64,000 bases of DNA from Gemmatimonadota bacterium (GTDB taxonomy: Bacteria; Gemmatimonadota; Gemmatimonadetes; Gemmatimonadales; GWC2-71-9). The notes under the pieces were generated by a model. The model was not told the DNA's origin. It made no database searches and saw only the letters and a program-made list of their open reading frames with translations. The stretch is taken from contig JBDHEI010000011.1 of NCBI GenBank assembly GCA_039591075.1, positions 9,933 to 73,932 on the forward strand, given 5' to 3'. This document shows, in pieces, positions 57,390-64,000 of this stretch. The first letter of the stretch is position 1, and each line of letters begins with the position of its first letter. Both the position numbers and the translations under genes were made by a program.

Positions 57390-57403
57390 CGATTCTCGAA
57401 TCG
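57390..57403. promoter_or_regulatory. perfect palindrome, candidate activator-binding site
   Basis: CGATTC-tc-GAATCG lies about 55-70 nt upstream (minus-strand sense) of the predicted -24 element. Confidence 0.25.
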
Positions 57404-57419
57404 CACGCGGCCGGGGTCG

Positions 57420-59231
57420 ATGCCCCGAGGATCGGGGGATTTCACTCGGTTGGGGTCCGCTAGCCGCGTGGCAGCGGGGGCTCGATCCCGCCTCCCACTC
57501 GGCACGAGAGTCATGCTGCTGCTCGTCGCGTTCGGTGCCATTCCACTCGCCGCGGCGATCGCGATCGGCTACACCGTGAGCCGCAGTGTAATCATGCGTC
57601 AGGCACAGAGCGCGTTGCGGGAGCTGACGCGCCAGCAGGCCGTCCATATCGCAACGGAACTCACGCGAGAACAGCTCATTCTCCGTACGATCACCGGCCA
57701 CGTCGGACCCCTTCCGGACACCGATCTCTCCGCCGCCATGGTGGCCGATCGACTGCAACAGAGCCTGCCCGAGGGTGGCGTGTTCGACGGTCTGCGGCTG
57801 GTGCGGCGTGACGGGGCGATCCTCGCGAGCGTGGCCTTGCGCAACGTCGCTCCCCACTGGCCGTCCGAAGCGCCGGCCGCGGATTGGACGGATCGCCGGG
57901 TCGTGGTGCACTGGGAGGGCGAGCGGGCCTTGGCGTACCTCCTGGCCGCACCCCTGACCTCCACAAGTGAGGTGTGGCTCGAAGGCCATGTGCGCGCGGA
58001 GGACTTCGGCCGGTTGTTCGCCATCCCGGCCCACCTTCTGGGGGATGTGGAATCGGCCGTGCTCCATGGGGACGGCAGGTTGATCCTGGTCACGCACGAG
58101 CACGCCGGACCCGATTTGCGGAAGATCCTGAGCGGGGCGAGTGGCACTGGAAGCCTCGCTGACACCACCGTGCGGCGACGTCGGATCGGTGAGGAGGAGT
58201 CGCTCGTGGCCGCATCGGAGATCGTGGGGACGCCGTGGCACTTCACTGCCGCGCTCCCCCTGCACGCGGCCCTGGCACCGCTGGCGTCGTTCCGCAACGC
58301 TGCGCTGGTGGCGGCATCGGCCCTGGTGGTGCTAATCGGGATCACCGCGGTCCTCGCCACTCGCTCGGTGAGCACGCCGCTCCGGGAGCTGGCGAGTGCG
58401 GCGCGCCGGTTCGGGCGGGGTGATCCGCCGGGACCGCTGCCGCGATCGGGGGCCGTGGAGGTGCAGCAGCTGGTGGACGCCTTTCGGCAGATGGCGGCGG
58501 ACCTCGAGCGCTCCCGGACAGAGATCGAGCAGTTGCACCAACAAGACATGGAACGCGCGCAGCAGCTCGCGACGGTGGGCGAAATGGCCAGTGGCATCGC
58601 CCACGAGGTCCGCAATCCGCTCACGGGCGTGCTTGGGGCGCTCGAATTGGCAGTGCGACACCTCGCGGCCGGTAGCCCGGCCGTCTCTCTCCTGGAGGAA
58701 GCGCAGGATCAGCTCAAGCGGATCGAGACGACGACCACCCAGCTCCTCAGGTACGCGCGTCCGCCCCAGCTCAAACGGGTGGTCGTCGACCCCAACGGGC
58801 TGGTGGAGCGCGCGGCGCGGATCGTGGAGCCCCACGCGAAGCGTGCAGGAGTGCACGTCGCGCTCGAGCTGGTTCCGCCCGGTCTGTCTGTCCGGGTCGA
58901 TCCGGAGTTGATGGTGCAGGTGCTGGTGAACCTGATGCTCAACGGGATCGACGCCTCGCGCTCCGCGGACACGCTCGCGGTGTCGGTCGTCCATCGACCC
59001 CCCGAGGTGCAGATGGGCATTCGGGATGCGGGTGCCGGTGTTCCGGCCGAGATCCAGGCGGACATCTTTCGTCCGTTCTTCACCACCAAACATCAGGGTA
59101 CCGGTCTTGGGCTGCCGATCTCGCGACAGATCGTGGAACGTCACGGCGGGCGGCTGGACCTGCGTGCCGCGCCTGAGGGTGGCGCGATCTTCGTGGTCGT
59201 GCTGCCGCAGGCGGCGGAAGAGGAGCCATAA
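57420..59231 (+). CDS. membrane sensor histidine kinase (periplasmic domain + HAMP + HisKA + HATPase_c)
   Basis: TM1 (VMLLLVAFGAIPLAAAIAIGY), a periplasmic region of about 290 aa, TM2 (AALVAASALVVLIGITAVLA). HAMP (STPLRELASAARRFGRGD). H-box ASGIAHEVRNPL, N-box VNLMLNGIDA, GTGLGLPI. The start is uncertain (ATG 57420 or 57513; track 57228). Confidence 0.8.
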   Translation: MPRGSGDFTRLGSASRVAAGARSRLPLGTRVMLLLVAFGAIPLAAAIAIGYTVSRSVIMRQAQSALRELTRQQAVHIATELTREQLILRTITGHVGPLPDTDLSAAMVADRLQQSLPEGGVFDGLRLVRRDGAILASVALRNVAPHWPSEAPAADWTDRRVVVHWEGERALAYLLAAPLTSTSEVWLEGHVRAEDFGRLFAIPAHLLGDVESAVLHGDGRLILVTHEHAGPDLRKILSGASGTGSLADTTVRRRRIGEEESLVAASEIVGTPWHFTAALPLHAALAPLASFRNAALVAASALVVLIGITAVLATRSVSTPLRELASAARRFGRGDPPGPLPRSGAVEVQQLVDAFRQMAADLERSRTEIEQLHQQDMERAQQLATVGEMASGIAHEVRNPLTGVLGALELAVRHLAAGSPAVSLLEEAQDQLKRIETTTTQLLRYARPPQLKRVVVDPNGLVERAARIVEPHAKRAGVHVALELVPPGLSVRVDPELMVQVLVNLMLNGIDASRSADTLAVSVVHRPPEVQMGIRDAGAGVPAEIQADIFRPFFTTKHQGTGLGLPISRQIVERHGGRLDLRAAPEGGAIFVVVLPQAAEEEP

Positions 59232-60607
59232 TGACAAAGCCGGTCGTACTGGTCGTCGATGACGAGAAGCTCATCCGCGTATGGCTGGAAGCGCATCTCG
59301 GTGACGCTGGGTATCAGGTGATGCTGGCTGAGAGCGCCGCCGCCGCGCGCGACCTGTTTCAGCGGACCCCGCCGGATGCCGCGTTGCTCGATCTCCGACT
59401 GCCCGACGGAAACGGCATGGATCTACTGAAGGAGTTCCTCGAGACCGACGACCAGCTCGTGGCGATCATCCTCACGGCGCATGGCGACATCAGCACGGCC
59501 GTCGAGGCCGTCAAGCTGGGCGCGTTCCACTTTCTCGAGAAGCCGCCCAAGCTGGACGATCTGCGGATCATGCTGGAGAAGGCGCTCGAAGCGCGGTCGC
59601 TCAGGCGGACGGTCTCGGGGCTCCGGCGGCAAGCGGGGTGGCAGTTCGCTGGGGTTGAGATCGTGGGGCGGTCCGACGCGATGCAGCGGATCGTGGATCT
59701 CGTGGAGAAGGTCGCGGCCAGTGAAGGCACGACGGTACTCATTCGCGGAGAGAGCGGGGTCGGGAAGGAAGTCGTGGCTAGAGCGGTTCACGCACGCAGT
59801 GCGCGTGCCGAGTATCCGTTTCTCGAGATCAACTGCACCGCGTTGCCGGAGACCTTGCTGGAGTCCGAGCTGTTCGGGCACGAGAAGGGAGCGTTCACCG
59901 ACGCCCGCGAGCGCAAACAGGGGCTGCTCGAGCTAGCCGATCGAGGAACGGTGCTGCTGGACGAAATCGGAGACCTTCCACCCGGCGCGCAGGCCAAACT
60001 GCTGCGATTCATCGAGACGAGGATCTTCAAGCGCGTCGGCGGCGTTCGGAACATCAACGTCGACGTCCGCATCGTCGCCTCGACCAATCGCGATCTCGAC
60101 GCCGCGGTGCGGGCCGGCTCGTTCCGTCTTGATTTGTTCTACCGATTGAACGTCGTGCCCGTCACGATCCCCCCGTTGCGGGAGCGCTCGGAGGACATCG
60201 AGCCGCTCGCGAAGTTCTTCCTTGAACGCATGACGAGCCAGCTTCGACGCCCGGCCCGCAGCATTTCGCGGGAGGCCCTGCGCATGCTGGAGCGGTATGC
60301 CTGGCCCGGGAACGTGCGGGAACTCCGGAACGTGATCGAGCGAGCCGTGATTCTGGAGGAAGGGTCGGAGATCCTTCCCGAGCACCTGCCCGACGAGCTG
60401 CTGCTCGGGAGTCGCGCAGCGGATCTGGGCCCCGGGTTCATGCTGCCGGCGGGAGGCGTCGACCTCGAGGAGCTGGAGAAGGATCTCTTGAAGCAGGCGC
60501 TGGAGCAGGCGCAGGGGAATAAGACTCGCGCGGCGGGTCTGCTGGGCCTCACCCGCGATACGCTGCGGTACCGGCTGGAGAAATACGAGTTGAGGGGCGG
60601 GTCGTGA
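59231..60607 (+). CDS. sigma-54-dependent response regulator (NtrC/AtoC family) with GAFTDA loop variant
   Basis: REC (VLVVDDE...LDLRLPDGNG). Walker A GESGVGKE. EKGAFTDA where GAFTGA is expected. [13 protein letters not shown] (GNKTRAAGLLGLTRDTLRYRLEKYEL). The ATG overlaps the kinase TAA by 1 nt. Confidence 0.9.
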   Translation: MTKPVVLVVDDEKLIRVWLEAHLGDAGYQVMLAESAAAARDLFQRTPPDAALLDLRLPDGNGMDLLKEFLETDDQLVAIILTAHGDISTAVEAVKLGAFHFLEKPPKLDDLRIMLEKALEARSLRRTVSGLRRQAGWQFAGVEIVGRSDAMQRIVDLVEKVAASEGTTVLIRGESGVGKEVVARAVHARSARAEYPFLEINCTALPETLLESELFGHEKGAFTDARERKQGLLELADRGTVLLDEIGDLPPGAQAKLLRFIETRIFKRVGGVRNINVDVRIVASTNRDLDAAVRAGSFRLDLFYRLNVVPVTIPPLRERSEDIEPLAKFFLERMTSQLRRPARSISREALRMLERYAWPGNVRELRNVIERAVILEEGSEILPEHLPDELLLGSRAADLGPGFMLPAGGVDLEELEKDLLKQALEQAQGNKTRAAGLLGLTRDTLRYRLEKYELRGGS

Positions 60608-61640
60608 TGTGCCGCCCGTGTCGGGTCCCCGCCCCGCGGGGCAGAGCCGAGGGGAACTGAAACGTCCAGAGGTATTCCACCAGCATCCACGCCTGCTCGT
60701 CCGTGAGGATCGGTCCCCAGTTCGGCATGCCCGTTCCCATTCCGCCCCGCTGGATCTTGCCGTGCAGCAGCGCGGGACTCGCGCCCAGCATGGACTCGGG
60801 GTCCGTGAAGTCCGCGGGCGAACGTGGCCCATGCTTGGGCGCCACTATCGAATCACGCAGGAGCGCGCGCGCCATGACGCCGTCCCCCCGGCCGAAGACG
60901 CCGTGACAGGCGGCGCAGTTGGCGGCGTACAGCCGCCGGCCCTCCGCCAGCCGGGCCGGGTCGGTGGCGTCCCGCCACAGCCGTGCCACGAGGTTCCACA
61001 CCTCACCGTCTCGCAGTTGGCCTAGAGCGGCTGTCCCCCGGAGGGCGGCCCACGCCTCGCTGGGGCCGTGGCCGCGATAGAAGTCCAGGGTCCGAAATTG
61101 GGCCGGGACCGAGTCGACCCACGATTCCGCGCGGTCCGCCCACGGTGGGTGGTTGGGTGTGACCGTTGCACGGTGCGGTGCGTCCAGGTCAATGCCCAGT
61201 CGAGCAAAGAAGGGGGACGGCGGTGCCGCTTCCAACGGAATGTCGCCGCTGGAATCGCGTACCTCGATAGTGCCGCGCATCCGCCAGTGATCCGGCCCGC
61301 ACCACCGCGTGCAGTAGAACACGTAGCTCCCCGGTCGCGAGAAAGTGATCGTCGTGTCGGTCATGCGACCCGGCAGGATGTCGACGCCCGGCCCGCTCGT
61401 TCGACCGATCGCGAATCCGTGCACCACGTCGTTCGAGGTGAGCCTGAAGCGCACCGGCTGCCCCGCCTGCACCGTCAGCACCTGCGGCTGCCAGCCACCC
61501 GCGTCAGGCATGCTGGCGTGCACTTCTAGCGTGGTTGAACCGGGACCGCCTGCAGGCACCAGGCGCAGGGTCACGATGGCGGCAGAGGGAAGGACTGCCA
61601 ACGCGACGACCAGGATGCGGGCGACGGTCTCGGGTTTCAC
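60549..61640 (-). CDS. CuA-type cupredoxin domain fused to a c-type cytochrome domain (COX2-like, membrane-anchored)
   Basis: TM anchor (ILVVALAVLPSAAIVTL). VVHGF...YCTRWCGPDHWRM gives the H...C-x3-C-x3-H-x2-M CuA ligand pattern. C-terminal CAACH heme motif with GGMGTGMPNW. The last 59 nt overlap the convergent regulator gene. Confidence 0.75.
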   Translation of the reverse strand: MKPETVARILVVALAVLPSAAIVTLRLVPAGGPGSTTLEVHASMPDAGGWQPQVLTVQAGQPVRFRLTSNDVVHGFAIGRTSGPGVDILPGRMTDTTITFSRPGSYVFYCTRWCGPDHWRMRGTIEVRDSSGDIPLEAAPPSPFFARLGIDLDAPHRATVTPNHPPWADRAESWVDSVPAQFRTLDFYRGHGPSEAWAALRGTAALGQLRDGEVWNLVARLWRDATDPARLAEGRRLYAANCAACHGVFGRGDGVMARALLRDSIVAPKHGPRSPADFTDPESMLGASPALLHGKIQRGGMGTGMPNWGPILTDEQAWMLVEYLWTFQFPSALPRGAGTRHGRHITTRPSTRISPAGTAAYRG

Positions 61641-61643
61641 CGA

Positions 61644-63020
61644 TTACCCCGCGAGCAGGATGAGGAGTCCGACGGCCAGCGCGACCATGTAGCCGATGAT
61701 CGGCGTGGCCAGTCGTGCGGGTCGGGCCGCCGGCTCGGCCCGGGCGATCCGGACGGCGGTCGCGCTGGCCCACCACGACCCTCCGGCGAGCGTCACGGTC
61801 TGGAGGGCCGGTGTCACGGTGCCGAGGAGCGGTCGCCACGACGCATTCGCAGTACCGAACAGATCCCACCCTCTGCCGAGCGGGTCGGAGAGCGCGGGCC
61901 AGAGGTAGGAGATGTTTGCCAACGCGAAGCCCAAGGTGAAGGCGATCCAGGCCGCGAGGCCGAGCGGGATCAAGGCCGCGGAGAACCGCACGAACAGCGT
62001 CCTTGGGCGGGCGGGTGAGGTGCCCCACCGCCGGCTGATCATGACGGCGAGTCCGTAGCTGCCGGGCACGGCGACGAACAGAAAGAAGAGGAACGCGGCT
62101 GCGTAGAGGAGCCACGCGGGCGTGGCGACGGCATACGCGGCTGATTTCAGCGGTCCCCAGGGGCCGAGGAGCACGGCCGTGTAGGCCACAGCGCTCCCCA
62201 ACATGATCAACGCCTTGAATGCCTCGTCCAGACCGCGTCCGCGTGGGTTGTCGAGATCGGTGCCGAAGGGGCGGATGTTCACCGCCACGTTGTCGTACGG
62301 GCACGTCCGCAAGCACTCGAGACACAGGCCGCAGTAGGTGTTCCTCGTCAGTGCGCCCGGATACACCAGCCACGGGCAGCCCGCGCCGGCAGCGCAGCCG
62401 ACATAGCAGGTCTTCGGCGAGTGGCTAGCGCAGACCGTCTTGTCCCGCACGCGCAACTCGACGGGTGCCAGCTGGGAGTAGAGTCCGACGAATCCGCCGA
62501 CGGGGCAGAGATACCGGCAGAAGGTGCGGCGCTCGTAGACCAGGGCGAGGCCCACGGCAACCAGCAGGAGCGCGAGCAGGACGAGGGCGGTGACGCGTGG
62601 CTGTGTGAGCACGACCGTGCTGGACACCGCCAGGCCGGCGAACGCCAGATTTTGCGGCCACATGTTCCGCAGGCGGGCCGGCCAGCGCCGGCCGAGGCCG
62701 ACCCCGTGATCGGTGGGACGCAACACGCCGCCGCGCTGGAGCCAGTCGCCGGGAGCGGGAATCGGGCAGACGCTACACCAGGCGCGCCCGAAGAGCGGCA
62801 CGGCGAGCAGGATGAGCACGGTCCACCACCCGATCCACACGGCCACGATCCCGAAGTTTCGGCTGCCGACGGGGGAGCCGAGGAGTCCCGTCGCAATCGC
62901 GAGGAGATATCCACCGAGCAGAACGGAAACCGTGATGAGCTGTGGCCACCGGCTCGCCAGCAGACGGCGCACGGGGGAGAGCGCGGTCAAATCCGTGCCC
63001 CTCACCGGCGCACTGCCCAC
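61644..63020 (-). CDS. NapH/CcoG-like polytopic membrane protein with 4Fe-4S ferredoxin motifs
   Basis: CxxCP-type motifs in or near TM segments (AWCSVCPIP, FCRYLCPVGG). Ferredoxin cluster motifs (CASHSPKTCYVGCAAGAGCPW; CGLCLECLRTCPYDN). About 8 TM helices. An alternative GTG start at 63005 would give a GTGA overlap with the upstream stop. Confidence 0.75.
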   Translation of the reverse strand: MGSAPVRGTDLTALSPVRRLLASRWPQLITVSVLLGGYLLAIATGLLGSPVGSRNFGIVAVWIGWWTVLILLAVPLFGRAWCSVCPIPAPGDWLQRGGVLRPTDHGVGLGRRWPARLRNMWPQNLAFAGLAVSSTVVLTQPRVTALVLLALLLVAVGLALVYERRTFCRYLCPVGGFVGLYSQLAPVELRVRDKTVCASHSPKTCYVGCAAGAGCPWLVYPGALTRNTYCGLCLECLRTCPYDNVAVNIRPFGTDLDNPRGRGLDEAFKALIMLGSAVAYTAVLLGPWGPLKSAAYAVATPAWLLYAAAFLFFLFVAVPGSYGLAVMISRRWGTSPARPRTLFVRFSAALIPLGLAAWIAFTLGFALANISYLWPALSDPLGRGWDLFGTANASWRPLLGTVTPALQTVTLAGGSWWASATAVRIARAEPAARPARLATPIIGYMVALAVGLLILLAG

Positions 63021-63439
63021 ACGGCCCCGCTTGCCGCGAATAGCAGGAGTGCCAGCGCTCCTTGGACCAGCCGGCCTTCACCCACCGTGAGCGTGCCGAC
63101 GATGAAGGGGTGTAGAGGGCCACAGGTGACGGAACACCGGAGTCGAAACGTGCCCTCGCGATCGGCAACGAACGAAAGGCGGCCGGGGCGCCCGGGTTCC
63201 GCCGTCACCGCGACGCCGTATCCGTCCACGTGCAGGCCGTGGACCACGTCCGTGGCGACGAGATCGATCGTGACCCGGTCGCCTCTGGCGACCCGGATAC
63301 GGGCCGGACGGAACGCGTCCGCGCTGGCTTCGACCGTGAAGTGCCGTTCGCCCCCCGTGGGAGCAGGTCGCGGCATGGGAATGAGCCAGGCGGCCAGACC
63401 TGCCACTCCCAGGCCGAGACTCCACACGGAGATCCGCAT
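63002..63439 (-). CDS. membrane-anchored cupredoxin-like protein (CuA-like ligand set with Ile in place of Met)
   Basis: Signal/anchor at the N-terminus and a second TM at the C-terminus. VVHGLHV...CSVTCGPLHPFI gives H...C-x3-C-x3-H-x2-I. Confidence 0.65.
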   Translation of the reverse strand: MRISVWSLGLGVAGLAAWLIPMPRPAPTGGERHFTVEASADAFRPARIRVARGDRVTIDLVATDVVHGLHVDGYGVAVTAEPGRPGRLSFVADREGTFRLRCSVTCGPLHPFIVGTLTVGEGRLVQGALALLLFAASGAVWAVRR

Positions 63440-63445
63440 CGTCGC

Positions 63446-63925
63446 TCAGTGATTGGGCGGGGTCAGGACCCCACCGCGGAGTTGAATCTTGCTCGTTCCC
63501 GGTCCGTACCGGCTGTACTCCGCATGGATGCGCGTCAGGATCTCGTTGGGTTCCTTGCCATCCCGCATCATCCGCATCACGTCACGCGTGATGTCGACGC
63601 AGATCCCTCAGCCGAAGGCGTGGTCGTCGTAGACCACGCTCCCGTCCTCGCGGAACTCCTTGACGTAGCAGGCCAGGTTGCTGGTGTGTTCCATCGCGCC
63701 GCAGCCACAGTAGCAGGGAATGCGGTCGAGGACCTCCGGATTGGCGACGGCGAAGCGGTACGCCTCCTGCACGACGGTCGGCGCCCCACGCGCGAACGCT
63801 GGCAGAGCCGAAACGGGAGCGAGCGACACGGGCGAAGCCCCCTCCTCACCGCTGCAAGCAGCCGCGCCGATGAGCGTCGCCGCCAGGATCGGCATTCGCA
63901 GGAGATCCCACCGCGGAGTGATCAT
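63446..63925 (-). CDS. PCYCGC-motif lipoprotein interrupted by an in-frame TGA at 63608-63610 (candidate selenocysteine codon; alternatively a pseudogene)
   Basis: The track ORF 63608..63925 (lipobox GAAAC; IPCYCGCGAMEHTSNLAC...YDDHAFG) stops at TGA. My translation continues in the same frame as GICVDITRDVMRMMRDGKEPNEILTRIHAEYSRYGPGTSKIQLRGGVLTPPNH and stops at 63446. Total 159 codons. Confidence 0.55.
63575..63593 (-). other. SECIS-like stem-loop 14 nt downstream of the in-frame UGA
   Basis: The mRNA sense reads CAUCACG-CGUGA-CGUGAUG: a perfect 7-bp stem with a 5-nt loop containing GU. It can be extended by 3 more pairs with a bulged A. Confidence 0.45.
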
Positions 63926-64000
63926 GGTTTCGTCCTTCGCTTCGAATCGTCATTCGGCTTCTCCGCGCCCCAGCGCGCGGAGGGATCGGCCGACGCAGGG

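Noticed and set aside
60549-60607. 59-nt convergent overlap between the sigma-54 regulator and the cupredoxin-cytochrome c gene, considered as evidence of a mis-called gene.
   Set aside because: Both ORFs have strong domain support up to near their ends. The last roughly 30 codons of the cupredoxin-cytochrome ORF (FPSALPRGAGTRHGR...) may simply be a stop-poor tail, which is not enough to reject either gene.
63950-64000. A possible 3' end of another minus-strand gene at the right window edge (...GRGEAE-TGA).
   Set aside because: Only 17 codons are visible and the frame cannot be established, so there is no evidence beyond an open frame.

Overview
High-GC (about 67%) bacterial chromosomal segment with dense coding on both strands. 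I saw no rRNA, tRNA, CRISPR array, transposase or integrase. The gene content points to the FCB group, probably Gemmatimonadota, but that is inference only: SusC/SusD-like pair, CarboxypepD_reg-type TonB receptors, DUF4249, S46 and M1 peptidases, and an OmpA with thrombospondin-type repeats.

Layout:
- 1-9.3 kb: partial GntR regulator, small hypotheticals, a SusC/SusD-like pair, and a stand-alone plug protein next to a putative outer-membrane (OM) protein.
- 9.3-27.5 kb: housekeeping and envelope genes (DUF2339, M1 peptidase, DASS transporter coupled to ppc, metallophosphoesterases, a TonB receptor with DUF4249, mscL, ompA-like).
- 27.7-32.5 kb: a sigma-54 enhancer-binding response regulator. 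It is divergent from a predicted sigma-54 promoter that drives a His-less Hpt-like protein, a coiled-coil protein, a Ras/Rab-like small GTPase and a soluble histidine kinase.
- 32.7-48.7 kb: mixed metabolism and repair (DUF4332, dodecin, serine hydrolase, S46 peptidase, ALDH7-type dehydrogenase, Fpg/Nei, DAACS transporter, PIG-L deacetylase).
- 48.8-63.9 kb: a large copper-type metal island. It holds cytochrome c, TlpA, a Met-rich lipoprotein, a P-II-like protein, cusCBA, a degenerate HMA (heavy-metal-associated) protein behind a second sigma-54 promoter, a second histidine kinase/sigma-54 activator pair, and an operon of CuA-like cupredoxins, a NapH/CcoG-like Fe-S membrane protein and a PCYCGC lipoprotein.

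Most notable observations:
- The GTPase-containing sigma-54 two-component locus.
- An in-frame TGA followed by a SECIS-like hairpin in the PCYCGC protein (candidate selenoprotein, or a pseudogene).
- A 47-nt poly-C tract and a (GTG)11 tract inside cusB. The poly-C is probably an assembly artefact.
- A CuA/Fe-S/cytochrome c module with no oxidase catalytic subunit in the window.

Start/stop overlaps (ATGA and similar) mark several likely translationally coupled pairs. All domain calls come from reading motifs in the supplied translations; no database search was possible.
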